This document shows positions 54,007 through 64,000 of a DNA stretch of 64,000 nt, piece after piece. This stretch comes from Rubripirellula sp. Its GTDB lineage: Bacteria; Planctomycetota; Planctomycetia; Pirellulales; Pirellulaceae. The stretch covers positions 896,001-960,000 of the forward strand of contig OZ244207.1 of NCBI GenBank assembly GCA_965216875.1. The letters run 5' to 3'. Positions within the stretch are counted from its first letter, which is position 1. Each line of letters opens with the position of its first letter. Position numbers and translations under genes: made by a program. The notes beneath the pieces were generated by a model. It made no database searches and was not told where the DNA came from. It worked only from the letters and a program-made list of their open reading frames with translations.

Positions 54007-55263
54007 CTATGCCAAAAGAAAATCGTGCCAGCGAGGCAGACTGTACTCGTAGGTGTCCATCACCGTGTTCCAAACGGCGATGTTGCTCAAGCGTTCGATG
54101 TAGGAGCCCCCGCGCCGCCGCGCTCCTTTGCGGACACTGATTTTGTCATCCGTGCCTCGCAGGTCTTCAGCAGCCGGTTTGCCGCCGTACCAATAGTCCC
54201 ATTCGCTCGGTTTAAGGTGTTCGCGTGATCGTTCGGGATTGGAAATGTAGTAGCCTTGCCGAGCGATGAAGGCGCCTGGCCAACCCGAGAGCCACCAGTT
54301 CATGTATTCGTAGGCTGCGTCTCGATTCGGTCCCGTCGTTGCGCTCGACAAGCACATGACGCCGTGCCATGCCCGATAGCCTTCGCGCGGTGCCGCATAG
54401 ATGCAGGGAATGCCCTTGCCGTTGGCGCTACTGACACCTGGCGAAAACATACTTTGGATGACCGTATCGCCACTTGCCATCAGTTCGACCGACTGGGGAA
54501 CCGAAGTCCAGAAACCACGGAAATGACCGTTGCGTTTCAGGTCGAGTAGGATTCGGAAGAGTTCGTCGATCTCAGGACGAGAGATGTTTCCGAGATCATC
54601 GAATTCCATCAAGCCGCGAGCTTGGGCGGCCAACGCAGCGTCGAAGAGTCCGATCGTTGGTGCGTTGACCAAGGCCACGCGCCCCGACCAGTCTGGATCA
54701 AGCAACCAGCCCCAACTCTCGGTGTCGTAGGGCTTGCCTTCAGGAACGATGTCGGCGTTGTAGCCAAACGAATCGACGTTGTGCACGTAGGGAAGGAAGC
54801 TGACGTTTGAGGTTGGGTTGCGTCCGAGCGTTCCTTTGTCTTGCACGTAAAGCAGTTTCGCTGGCGCGTCTCCGAGTCCTTCACGCGCCGAGGAAACAAG
54901 CTTGCCCGTTTTGGTGAGCGAGTTGACTTCATCCCAGTAGCGAATGCGCGTTGTGTCGATCGGTTGAATCGCACTCGCTCGCCACAAGACTTGTAGGCTG
55001 TTGGACCATTGTTCGTAGAGGTCGAACGAGCCAGGGTTGGTCGAAGCCTTGTGTAAGACTTGTGCGCTGCCTCCGGGGTTGAACGTCAGTTTGATACCGA
55101 GTTCTTTTTCGGCTCGCTTCCGCAGCGGCTCTTGTAGCGTCACGTGGGTGCCCAGGACACGAACGTGGAATTCACGTTTTGTGTAGGCATACGGGATGTT
55201 TGCGCATGCGACGTTTGCGGCAATTCCGCCCACGGCCCCTTTTAGCAATGCACGACGGTGCAT
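54007..55263 (-). CDS. Tat-exported extracellular solute-binding protein (PotD/PotF-like)
   Basis: MHRRALLKG Tat motif. DSFGYN, SWGWLLDP.W.GRVAL, PREGYRAW, AAYEYMNWWL. Confidence 0.85.
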   Translation of the reverse strand: MHRRALLKGAVGGIAANVACANIPYAYTKREFHVRVLGTHVTLQEPLRKRAEKELGIKLTFNPGGSAQVLHKASTNPGSFDLYEQWSNSLQVLWRASAIQPIDTTRIRYWDEVNSLTKTGKLVSSAREGLGDAPAKLLYVQDKGTLGRNPTSNVSFLPYVHNVDSFGYNADIVPEGKPYDTESWGWLLDPDWSGRVALVNAPTIGLFDAALAAQARGLMEFDDLGNISRPEIDELFRILLDLKRNGHFRGFWTSVPQSVELMASGDTVIQSMFSPGVSSANGKGIPCIYAAPREGYRAWHGVMCLSSATTGPNRDAAYEYMNWWLSGWPGAFIARQGYYISNPERSREHLKPSEWDYWYGGKPAAEDLRGTDDKISVRKGARRRGGSYIERLSNIAVWNTVMDTYEYSLPRWHDFLLA

Positions 55264-55614
55264 TTCTTTCCCCTCCAAATTGGTGAGACAATCTCATCCT
55301 TGCTGCCGCCGGTTGACACCCTAAGCTTCACGCATGACCTATGCGGAAATCCAAAGAAAATCGGGCGGGCTTTGGATATGGGACAATTGTCACGATTGTT
55401 TGCAGGTTGCCGCAACCCGTACGCCAGATCGCGCAAAGTGGCTGAGTCCTGGACGTTTTTGGGGTGTACAATCAACTAACCCCTCGCATTTTGGCCTTAC
55501 GTAGATTCCACCTTCACAACACAATTAGACGGGAAGTTCACACAGTCTTTCAATCCAGATCTGTGCGAAAATATCGTCGTCCGCTCTCCCTTGCTTACCT
55601 TAGACCCCAAGCCG

Positions 55615-56061
55615 GTGAACCACGTGCAAGCTTTGCAGATTTTGCTTGTCGAGGACGATGATATCGACGCAATGGCATTTGAACGCCATTTGGGCAATTC
55701 AGATCTCAGCGTTTGCATTCATCGAGTGATTGACGGCACGGCCGCGTTGGACCTGTTGCGCGATTCTGCAAAAATCGGCAACGATGCCCCGTTCGTGATC
55801 GTGTTGGACTTGAACATGCCTCGCATGACGGGCATCGAGTTTCTGGAAGAGATGCGTGGCGATCCCGAGCTGAAGCACCATATTGTCTTTGTGTTCACCA
55901 CTTCGGACGCGGCCAAAGATCGAAAGGCCTGCTTCAATCACAACGTAGCGGGCTATGTCTTGAAGAGTCGCGCGGGTGAACGGTTCCGGAATCTCGTCCA
56001 GCTGATCGAAAGCTACGTCAACGTTGCCGAATTCCCCCCCTATTCGTCGATCGAATCGTAG
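55615..56061 (+). CDS. Single-domain response regulator (Rcp1-like)
   Basis: ILLVEDDDID, IVLDLNMPRMTGIEFL..MR.DP.LK, VFTTSD..KD, VAGYVLK. Start uncertain. Confidence 0.9.
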   Translation: MNHVQALQILLVEDDDIDAMAFERHLGNSDLSVCIHRVIDGTAALDLLRDSAKIGNDAPFVIVLDLNMPRMTGIEFLEEMRGDPELKHHIVFVFTTSDAAKDRKACFNHNVAGYVLKSRAGERFRNLVQLIESYVNVAEFPPYSSIES

Positions 56062-56084
56062 TCGAAGTGGGTAAGGCGAACTTC

Positions 56085-56181
56085 GTAGCTACGCTCGCCA
56101 GAGCGTGGAGCGATGGAGACCGGCTTGCTAATGTCACCACCTTCTGGCGAAGGTAGCTACACCCTTGCGCGTTCGGCTCAC
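56085..56181. repeat. REP family B inverted pair plus a family C half-arm
   Basis: GTAGCTACGCTCGCCAGAGCGTGG (56085-56108) / CCACCTTCTGGCGAAGGTAGCTAC (56137-56160), then GCGCGTTCGGCTCAC. Confidence 0.85.
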
Positions 56182-56218
56182 GCGTGAAGGGCGTGTGAAT
56201 CATCTGCGAGCCGCTCGC

Positions 56219-56929
56219 TCACGATTCTGGACTGAATCGATAGCCGACCCCGTAGACCGTTTGAATGATTCGCGGCTGTTTCGGATCGAGTTCGATTCTT
56301 TTTCGCAGTTGGCTGATCGTCTGGTCGAGAGTGCGGCTATTGGGAAGGTGTCCTGCGCCCCACGCGCTTCGAAACAGGTCGCGGCGATCAACAACTTCGC
56401 CAGGGCGATTGGCCAACGCCTGAAGGATCTTGATTTCGCGCAGCGTCAGCTCGATCATCGTGCCCTCGCGTTTTGCACGCAGCTGTTTGGGCACGACCAA
56501 CAAGTCATCCATCTGGAATTCGTCGTCAAGGCAATCGCTTTCGTTTGACGATGGCGAATCGGGTAAACAACGCCGAGTGACCGCACGAATCCTGGCAATG
56601 ACTTCCTTTCCACCGAATGGTTTGACGATGTAGTCGTCGGCCCCGAGTTCCAGACCGACCACCTTGTCGATCTCTTCTGCCTTGGCCGTGATGAACAGGA
56701 TTGGCATCCGGGGGCTGGCACTTCGAAACTCGCGGCAAAGGTCATAGCCACTCAAGCCCGGCAGCATCACATCGAGGCAGGCAAGGTCAGGACGATGTTG
56801 CTGAAAGAGATGCTGCGCTTGTCGGCCGTCGGCGGCAGCGACCACGTGATACCCTTCCCTTTGCAACAGCTCAACGAGTGCGCTTCGCGTATTGGGGTCG
56901 TCTTCAGCGACGAGGATTTTGTGTGTCAT
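56219..56929 (-). CDS. OmpR/PhoB-family response regulator
   Basis: ILVAEDD, CLDVMLPG, GLELGADDYIVKPF, LTLRE..IL, RTLDQ.I..LRKRIE, I.TVYGVGYRF. Confidence 0.95.
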   Translation of the reverse strand: MTHKILVAEDDPNTRSALVELLQREGYHVVAAADGRQAQHLFQQHRPDLACLDVMLPGLSGYDLCREFRSASPRMPILFITAKAEEIDKVVGLELGADDYIVKPFGGKEVIARIRAVTRRCLPDSPSSNESDCLDDEFQMDDLLVVPKQLRAKREGTMIELTLREIKILQALANRPGEVVDRRDLFRSAWGAGHLPNSRTLDQTISQLRKRIELDPKQPRIIQTVYGVGYRFSPES

Positions 56930-58536
56930 GAAGTCACCGGAAGAGTCAACACGAACAGAGCGCCTTGCGAGGTTGGTTCAAGGACGAGTTCGCCGCCATG
57001 TCGCCTTGCCGCACTGCGGGCAATGGTGAGTCCAATCCCCGTTCCGCTCGGCGCTTTGATGGAATCGTCTAAGCGTGTGAAGGCTCGAAAGATGGCCCGT
57101 CGTTTTCGACTTGGGATCCCCGGTCCATGATCTCGCACCGAGACCCGCAGCAGCGACTTATCTACTACGCTGGAAACTTCGACACGGTTTCCTTCGGCAG
57201 CGTACTTTTCGACGTTGCTTAGCAGGTTCACCAAAACCATTTCAAGGATGTCGGGATCGAACGAAACCATCGTGTTCGCGTCGAGGTTCCGGTCGATTTC
57301 GACGTCGGCATTCTCGAAACTCGGGCCGAATTGCTGAAGCACAAGTTCGATCGTTTCGTCGGGGTTGCCAGGGATGATTTTGGGACCACGTTGTCGCCGG
57401 TCGTCTCGAATCATCTCAAGCACGCCCGAAACCAAACGCCCGAGCCGGCGGCTTTCGGAATCGATCACGCCAAGACGCTGGGCAAGTTTCTGACGCGACT
57501 CGCTTTCAGGCAATCCATCGAGATCCGATTCGGCCAGTTCGGCGTAAAGGCGAATGTTTGTCAGTGGTGTGCGAAGTTCATGAGAGACCTGTCCCGCAAA
57601 GCTAACTCGGTTTCGTGCGGTCCTCATTTGACGGCCCACGCTGGTCAACACGAACGTGCCCAGAGCCAACAGGATCACACCGATTCCACCGAGCGACGTG
57701 TACAGTCCAATGGAAGTTTCTGGAATGATCAAGTCGACCGGTGTGTGGTATTCGAGCTTCCAGCTGCTGAGCGGGGCCGAGAGATTGATCTCGGCAAAGG
57801 GTGTGTCGACACAATCACCTTCATCCCCCCAGCGATAAACGATTTGGCGTGATTCATCGACCAACGCCGTGAAGCCGGGCGTTGTTTTTTTATTGCCATC
57901 GATCGATGCATCAGGCAAAGCAGCCGTCAGTTCCGATATCCAATGGACACGTTCAAGTAGAACGCCGATCTTTGATCCGTCGCTGCGATCAATCCACAGG
58001 ATCAACTGCGAACCTTCGTCCATGAACCAGACTTGCCAATAGGGTTGTCCCTTGATGGAGATCGGTGGGCTGCTGCGTGTCATTCTTGACATGCGACGCG
58101 TCGTTGATTGTGTAGCCGTATTCCCTTGATCGTCCTGTGAGTCGCTGTCGGGTCGCGCGTCGACCATAGCGGTCAGTGCAGCGTAGACCGCGATGTCATC
58201 GGGTTGGTCGGCGGTCGGACGGGGCGGATAAACCATCACCCCTCGCTGCGTGATGACGATGCCTTCGCGGACGGCGGGATCGGAGAGTTTGAGGTCGCGT
58301 AACATCTCCGCCGCGACGCGATTGCTCGAAAGAGACTTGCTGATTCGAATCGAATAGCCGTCAATCACATCCTGAAGCGATCGGTCGATTTCGCGGAGAC
58401 GTGTCTGCAGGATGCTGCGCAAGCGGTCGCGTGATAGTTGCCGCTGTTGCTGCATGGAATTGGCTGAAAGCCACCCCAGCAATAGCAATGGGGCTGCGAC
58501 AAGAGCGAGGATTGCGAAAAGGAGTTGACGCGGCAT
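56926..58536 (-). CDS. Membrane sensor histidine kinase
   Basis: Two TMs, VSHELRTPLTNIRLYAE, NLLSNVEKY, DHGPGI, GTGIGL. ATGA overlap with the response regulator. Confidence 0.92.
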   Translation of the reverse strand: MPRQLLFAILALVAAPLLLLGWLSANSMQQQRQLSRDRLRSILQTRLREIDRSLQDVIDGYSIRISKSLSSNRVAAEMLRDLKLSDPAVREGIVITQRGVMVYPPRPTADQPDDIAVYAALTAMVDARPDSDSQDDQGNTATQSTTRRMSRMTRSSPPISIKGQPYWQVWFMDEGSQLILWIDRSDGSKIGVLLERVHWISELTAALPDASIDGNKKTTPGFTALVDESRQIVYRWGDEGDCVDTPFAEINLSAPLSSWKLEYHTPVDLIIPETSIGLYTSLGGIGVILLALGTFVLTSVGRQMRTARNRVSFAGQVSHELRTPLTNIRLYAELAESDLDGLPESESRQKLAQRLGVIDSESRRLGRLVSGVLEMIRDDRRQRGPKIIPGNPDETIELVLQQFGPSFENADVEIDRNLDANTMVSFDPDILEMVLVNLLSNVEKYAAEGNRVEVSSVVDKSLLRVSVRDHGPGIPSRKRRAIFRAFTRLDDSIKAPSGTGIGLTIARSAARRHGGELVLEPTSQGALFVLTLPVTS

Positions 58537-58552
58537 TGGCGAGCAGAACGAT

Positions 58553-58590
58553 CAAAAACGCGGCGGCGCCCCCAAACCTGCGGCGCCGCC
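58553..58590 (-). terminator. Probable intrinsic terminator between the VWA gene and the kinase
   Basis: GGCGGCGCC-N11-GGCGCCGCC stem followed by GCGTTTTT on the minus strand. Confidence 0.6.
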
Positions 58591-58614
58591 ATTGCGTTTC
58601 AATTCTAACAGGAT

Positions 58615-60003
58615 TTAGCGGCTCACCTTGGCGGGGACCTGCTTCGCAGTGTCGCCACGGTAAGTCTGCTGGGACTGATTGCCCAGTTGTTCCGCACGCA
58701 TCGCTTTGCGCGTTTTCTGCCATTCCGGCTCGGCGATCCCTTTGTACTGCAACTTGTTCAAGCCAATGTTCCGATTCAACTCAGGAATCACCTTCTCGGC
58801 ATCGGTTCCTTCACAGAAAGTGGCGCATTTATAGAGCTCGATCTGGTTGGTCATCAGCAGCTTTTGAGCAGCTTCGACTTGGCCTGCATCACGAAGTGCC
58901 GTGGCGCGAATGTTTCGCTCGTTTGCGATCTGGACGGCACAATAAGCGTAGGTAACCGGATCACGATCGGTTTGTACCTGCTCGCTCGATTCCGAAAAGC
59001 GGACACCGACACTGCTACTGAGTTTGTCAGTCGTTTCCGTGATCATGTTCTTGTATTCGACAGCGACGCTAACGAGGTCGTGAGTCGAATCGGCCTCCTG
59101 TGCGTCCACTTCGACTTCCAAAACGAAGTAGCGATTTTGACGCGAGTAAAGCTGGGTCAGTGGAATTCGGACGCTTTGGCCTGAGATGTCGGCTTTGGTT
59201 CCGAGGACTCGTACAGGTCGGACGCCCTTGGCGACGGTCGCTTCGATCTTGAAACTGCCAGCCACGACGCTCATCAAGTCGTTGAACTCAGAATTAAAGA
59301 CCGCGATCAGGTCATCGGCCTGTTCAATAAAGATGTGGTTGCCACTTCCCGCGAGCGCCAGACTACTCATTAGGTCTTCGTTGTAGTTCAAGCCGAGCCC
59401 CAACGTGCTGACGCTGATGCCCTGCTTGACCAGGGAGGCCCCGAGACGTTCAAGCTCTCGAGGTGATGAGGGGCCAACGTTCGCTTTGCCATCCGACAAA
59501 AGAATCACGCGGTTGACCGATTCGTCATCCAAGAATTTGCGTACTTCGGCGGCTCCCTTGCTGACTCCAGCAAACAACGCCGTGTTTCCATTGGCGGTGA
59601 CCGACTCGATTTTGCTGATGATGTCTTTTCGATCGGTCGCTTTCGTTGCCGGAACGAGCACCGTTGCTGATGAGTTGTAGAGAATCACCGACACGATGTC
59701 CGTGTCTCGCAGTCGATCGACTGCGGTGATGGCGGCTTTCCTCGCCTGAGCGATCTTCTGGCCCCGCATCGATCCACTGGTATCAATCACAATCGCCACG
59801 TTCACCGGCGGTCGGTCCTGGCTTTCGGGCAAGTCGAAACCCTCGAGCGCGATTCGCACGTAGTTGGTTTCTTTCGAGCCCGCCAGCATCGTCGGATGCG
59901 AAACGCCAACTTGAAGGCCAACTTGGCTCGCCGATGCCTGCGGCATCGATGGAGGCAGCGCGCCGGCCAACGCCAAACAGATGATCAATATCCCCAAACG
60001 CAT
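58615..60003 (-). CDS. Secreted von Willebrand factor type A (YfbK-like) domain protein
   Basis: Signal peptide after a GAGGAG RBS. MIDAS DTSGSM, GNTALF.G, ILLSDGKANVG, STLGLG..YNEDLM. Confidence 0.9.
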   Translation of the reverse strand: MRLGILIICLALAGALPPSMPQASASQVGLQVGVSHPTMLAGSKETNYVRIALEGFDLPESQDRPPVNVAIVIDTSGSMRGQKIAQARKAAITAVDRLRDTDIVSVILYNSSATVLVPATKATDRKDIISKIESVTANGNTALFAGVSKGAAEVRKFLDDESVNRVILLSDGKANVGPSSPRELERLGASLVKQGISVSTLGLGLNYNEDLMSSLALAGSGNHIFIEQADDLIAVFNSEFNDLMSVVAGSFKIEATVAKGVRPVRVLGTKADISGQSVRIPLTQLYSRQNRYFVLEVEVDAQEADSTHDLVSVAVEYKNMITETTDKLSSSVGVRFSESSEQVQTDRDPVTYAYCAVQIANERNIRATALRDAGQVEAAQKLLMTNQIELYKCATFCEGTDAEKVIPELNRNIGLNKLQYKGIAEPEWQKTRKAMRAEQLGNQSQQTYRGDTAKQVPAKVSR

Positions 60004-60343
60004 GTTCCCACTCCTCATTCGTTGGTATAGCCGATGGTTGTCGGCTGTCGTCGTTAATCCTTCCCGCATCATTCAGGATTGGCCGCTTCGAATGGTCGGA
60101 TTGGTGTCAGCAGATTGTAAAAACATTGTTGGGGCAGCTAGCAGCGAGCGATTTGAACGTTCTGACCATTCGAAATCCCATTGCGAAATACCCCAACAGA
60201 CTGGAATTGGACCCGCGCATCACTGGCGGGTACACTAGTTGTCCCAGCACAGGATTGTTGGTCCCACCTCCCTCTGCCGTTGGCTGCGAACCGATCCCGA
60301 TTGGCTCGTCGCGAGCGTCACCCACCTAAAGGCCGAACGTTTG

Positions 60344-62590
60344 ATGATGGCCGAATCGAATCGAATTGCATCGTTGCCAATCATGGTGTTGGCACTCGTT
60401 CTTGCTTTTGGCGGGCAGGCGATCGCTGTCGAACCGAGTGTCGCCACCAGCAGCGTTAGTTTTGAGAACGATGTTGTACCTGTACTGACCAAAGCAGGCT
60501 GCAATACCGGCGTCTGTCACGCAAAAGCTGGCGGTGGACAGAACGGTTTCTACCTTTCGTTGCTGGGGTTTGAACCGGACGAGGATTACGAACACCTGAC
60601 CCGGGGTGGTCGTGGTCGCCGACTCTTTCCAGCAGCTCCGGATGAAAGTTTGTTACTGCTCAAGGCGACGGGTCGCGTCGCGCACGGTGGTGGCGTGCGA
60701 CTGTCATCCGATTCCAAAGCCTACGCGACGCTGCGGACGTGGATCGCCAGCGGGACGCCACGGCGATTGGTCGATGAGCCAAAACTGACTTCGCTCGAAG
60801 TCTTGCCCCATCGCGGCAATCTCGCGATGTCTGAGTCGATCCAGCTCAAGGCGATCGCCCACTACGACGATGGTGCAACGCGCGATGTGACGGAGCTTGC
60901 ACTCTTCGAAACCAACGATGTGGCCATGGCCGAGGTCGACCCGCGCGGGCATGTCACCGCGAGCGATGTGCCCGGCAAGGTGGCGATCATGGTTCGTTTC
61001 CAGGGAAAGGTTTCCGTCTATTCGGCGGCGATCCCCCTCGGTGCGCCGATCAAGGATTTGCCGCTTGCAAACAACTTTGTCGATGAGCATCTGTTCGCAA
61101 ACTTGCAGCGGATTGGGATTCCACCTTCAGAGGTTTGCGATGACGCGACGTTCCTGCGTCGTGTTTCACTCGATATCGCAGGACGCTTGCCGACCGAAAA
61201 GGAAACGGCTGACTTTTTTGGGAACGAATCGCCCGATCGCCGCGAGCAGGTGGTCGATCGATTGCTGCGGAGTCCGAACTATGCTGACTACTTCGCCAAC
61301 AAGTGGACGGCGCTGCTAAAGAATCGGCGTGATGACGCGAGCGATATCACCTCCAACTTTGCGTTTCACGCTTGGGTTCGCGACAGTCTGCTTGCCAACA
61401 CGCCGTATGATCAAATCGTCCGCGAGCTTTTGGCCGCCACGGGAACGGTGATCAGCAATCCACCGGTCGCTTGGTACAAACGAGTGAAGGAGCCGAAACA
61501 ACAGATCGAAGACGTCGCGCAACTCTTCCTCGGCGTGAGGCTGCAATGTGCCCAGTGCCACCATCATCCGTTTGAACGTTGGAGCCAGGACGACTACTAC
61601 AGCCTCGCCGCTTTCTTTAGTCAGGTCGGACGCAAACCAACGGGCACACGTGGCGAGGATCTGATTTTTCACAAGCGCGGTTTGGCCACGGCAAAGAACA
61701 TCAAGACCGGCGTCGCACTTCGACCCGCCGCACTCGGAGACACGGTTGGCGAGATCGACGCGGATCATGATCCTCGGTTGAAACTGGCCGATTGGATGGC
61801 GGGAAAAGACAACCCGTTTTTCGCTCGTGCGCTCGTCAATCGCTATTGGAAACACTTTTTCAAACGCGGTCTGATTGAGCCCGAAGACGACATTCGCGAT
61901 ACGAATCCACCCACCAATCCCGAGTTGCTCGCGGCCCTCGAGACGCACTTCGTCGAAAGCGGCTACGACCTCAAGTCTCTCATCCGGGTGATCACAACAT
62001 CGAAGGCGTATCAGCTAAGTAGTGTTCCCAACGAACACAATTTGGTCGACCGGCAAAACTATTCGCGGTACTACCCCAAGCGACTGCAGGCCGAGGTGAT
62101 GCTCGATGCGATCGATGACCTAACAGGAGCCGAAACGAGGTTCGCGAACCTTCCCCAGGGCACCCGAGCGATCGCTTTGCCCGACAACAGCTACAACAAA
62201 GCGTCGCCGTTCCTGAAGGTCTTTGGTCGACCCGAAAGCCAGAGCGTCTGTGAGTGCGAACGCGTTCAGTCGGCGAGCCTCGCACAGAGTCTGCATCTGA
62301 TCAACGCCTCGGACATCAAAGGAAAGTTGCGAGTCGCTAACGGAAGGGCGAGCGAACTCGCGAAAACCGTTGAAGGTGTCGACGACGAAGAAAAGATTCG
62401 CCGCCTCTACCTGGCCGCCTTTTCAAGGTTGCCCAGTGATGACGAAATGCGCGTCGCGATCGACTATTTGAACGAGCCATTGACGGACAAGAATGGAAAA
62501 GCGATCAGCAAGGCAGCGGCCGCAAAAGAGAATTTTGAAGACTTGCTTTGGGCACTGATCAATTCGAAAGAGTTCCTGTTTAATCACTGA
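60344..62590 (+). CDS. DUF1549/DUF1553 (PSD1) planctomycete protein with Big_2 Ig domain
   Basis: SFENDVVPVLTKAGCNTGVCH, NNFVD, DD.TFLRRVSLDI.GRLPT, FLGVRLQCAQCHHHP, VNRYW.HF..RG, EDLLWALINSKEFLFNH. Confidence 0.92.
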   Translation: MMAESNRIASLPIMVLALVLAFGGQAIAVEPSVATSSVSFENDVVPVLTKAGCNTGVCHAKAGGGQNGFYLSLLGFEPDEDYEHLTRGGRGRRLFPAAPDESLLLLKATGRVAHGGGVRLSSDSKAYATLRTWIASGTPRRLVDEPKLTSLEVLPHRGNLAMSESIQLKAIAHYDDGATRDVTELALFETNDVAMAEVDPRGHVTASDVPGKVAIMVRFQGKVSVYSAAIPLGAPIKDLPLANNFVDEHLFANLQRIGIPPSEVCDDATFLRRVSLDIAGRLPTEKETADFFGNESPDRREQVVDRLLRSPNYADYFANKWTALLKNRRDDASDITSNFAFHAWVRDSLLANTPYDQIVRELLAATGTVISNPPVAWYKRVKEPKQQIEDVAQLFLGVRLQCAQCHHHPFERWSQDDYYSLAAFFSQVGRKPTGTRGEDLIFHKRGLATAKNIKTGVALRPAALGDTVGEIDADHDPRLKLADWMAGKDNPFFARALVNRYWKHFFKRGLIEPEDDIRDTNPPTNPELLAALETHFVESGYDLKSLIRVITTSKAYQLSSVPNEHNLVDRQNYSRYYPKRLQAEVMLDAIDDLTGAETRFANLPQGTRAIALPDNSYNKASPFLKVFGRPESQSVCECERVQSASLAQSLHLINASDIKGKLRVANGRASELAKTVEGVDDEEKIRRLYLAAFSRLPSDDEMRVAIDYLNEPLTDKNGKAISKAAAAKENFEDLLWALINSKEFLFNH

Positions 62591-62595
62591 TTGAC

Positions 62596-64000
62596 ATGAT
62601 GTGTACACGTACCTTGGCGAGAATCGCGGTTGGGTTGACGACATGCCTGCTCTTGGCCGGCAATCTGCTCGCACAGTCGGTTTGCTTGCCTGCACCTCGT
62701 TTGTTGACGACGCTTCCGATGGGCGGGCAAGTTGGAAGTGAGTTCGATGTTACGATCACGGGGCAAGATATCGACGGCACAGAGGCGTTGCTGTTTTCGA
62801 ATCCCAAGATCTCGGCGACCGCAGTTATTGGCGAGGATGGTTTGCCGGTTGCCAACAAATTTCGAATCACCATTGCGTCTGACTGTGACGTTGGCATCTA
62901 TGAAGCACGCGTGATGACGCGTCTGGGACTCTCGTCGGCTCGCGTGTTTAGTGTCGGTGACTTGCCGGAAGTGACTCAGGTCAAGCCGAACACGTCGCTC
63001 GAGAAGGCGATGAAACTTGAGGTGAATTCGATTTGCAACGGCGCTCTGACAACGCAAGCAGTTGATCACTACCAATTCGACGCCAAAGCGGGCCAGCGCA
63101 TTGCCGTCGACTGTTCCGCACGCGGGATCGATTCAAAAACCAACCCGGTTGTGATTGTGGCGGACGCCGACGGTAACGACTTGGTCGTCGAGCGGCGTGG
63201 TGGTGCGATCGATTTCGAAGCACCCAATACGGGGACCTACACGGTCAAGGTGCATGAACTGACCTTCAAAGGTGGAGCCCACTACTTTTACCGCCTTGCG
63301 TTGAGGGAACTTGACGCTGACGCATTGCTCACTCGCATGCCCGGCACGCAATCGGTCAGTTCGTTTTCCTGGCCGCCTGCGGGTTTGGCCAAACAGGCTG
63401 CACTTAGCGAGAACGACGAGGACCAACCGCAACGCGTCGAATTGCCCTGCGACGTTTCAGGACGGTTTTTCCCAGCGGCGGATGTCGACAGCTATGAGTT
63501 CGTCGCCAAGAAGGGTGACGTCTGGTGGGTGGAAGTCGCCTCGGAGCGTCTGGGTTTGCCGACCGATCCTTCTGTCCTGATTCAGCATGTCGTGATGGTC
63601 GATGGCAAAGAGACACTGACTGACGTTGCAGAAATGTCAGACATCGCCAGTCCGGTGAAGGTCTCGAGCAACGGATATTCCTACGACGGCCCGCCCTACA
63701 ATGCCGGCAGCGCCGATGTGCTCGCCAAACTTGAAATCAAACAGGATGGGCTGCACCGACTCAAAATCACCGATTTGTTTGGTGGGACGCGTACCGATCC
63801 TCGCAACAAGTACCGCCTGGTGATTCGAAAGGCCGAACCCGACTTTGCACTCGTTGCTTGGGCTCTGCACATGAACCTACGCAACGGCGATCGCAATGCT
63901 CTTTCCAAACCGATGGCACTGCGACGTGGCGCGACCATGCCGATTGAAGTGGTCGTCGTTCGCCGCGATGGCTTCCAGGGCGAAATTGAACTGTCGATGG
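62596..64000 (+). CDS. Planctomycete PPC (pre-peptidase C-terminal) repeat protein, partial (runs off window end)
   Basis: Not in the ORF track. MMCTRTLARIAVGLTTCLLLAGNLLAQSVCLPAPRLLTTLPMGGQVG..., later VDHYQFDAKAGQRIAVD and DVDSYEFVAKKGDVWWVEV motifs. Starts 5 bp after the DUF1549/1553 gene. Confidence 0.85.
   Translation, partial: MMCTRTLARIAVGLTTCLLLAGNLLAQSVCLPAPRLLTTLPMGGQVGSEFDVTITGQDIDGTEALLFSNPKISATAVIGEDGLPVANKFRITIASDCDVGIYEARVMTRLGLSSARVFSVGDLPEVTQVKPNTSLEKAMKLEVNSICNGALTTQAVDHYQFDAKAGQRIAVDCSARGIDSKTNPVVIVADADGNDLVVERRGGAIDFEAPNTGTYTVKVHELTFKGGAHYFYRLALRELDADALLTRMPGTQSVSSFSWPPAGLAKQAALSENDEDQPQRVELPCDVSGRFFPAADVDSYEFVAKKGDVWWVEVASERLGLPTDPSVLIQHVVMVDGKETLTDVAEMSDIASPVKVSSNGYSYDGPPYNAGSADVLAKLEIKQDGLHRLKITDLFGGTRTDPRNKYRLVIRKAEPDFALVAWALHMNLRNGDRNALSKPMALRRGATMPIEVVVVRRDGFQGEIELSM

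Overview
Chromosomal window from a planctomycete, probably Pirellulaceae (inferred from the LEPR-xLL leader, TIGR03000-like domain, DUF1549/DUF1553 + PPC pair and dense palindromic REP-type repeats). It holds about 28 CDS. I saw no rRNA, tRNA, CRISPR array or transposase. Housekeeping and regulatory genes: amt (with a sigma54 promoter and three NtrC-like boxes), a UvrD/Rep helicase, ispD, tyrS, a Gfo/Idh/MocA oxidoreductase, a YdjC deacetylase and three two-component systems. A ~6450-aa surface adhesin spans 22.4-41.8 kb. The best candidate for an undescribed system is the minus-strand cluster at 3.0-11.5 kb. Its core is a 1840-aa protein with the secretin (GspD/PilQ-type) motifs in the correct order, but with N-terminal Ig-like domains, a ~175-aa coiled coil inside the N3-like domain and a ~550-aa helical insert inside the barrel domain. 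Two secreted unknown proteins precede it. A lipoprotein and two small charge-complementary Cys-containing paralogs follow it; the first paralog joins the lipoprotein through an A9 tract where loss of one A would fuse them. No T2SS or T4P ATPase or pilin genes are in the window. All family calls come from reading motifs by eye; no database search was run.
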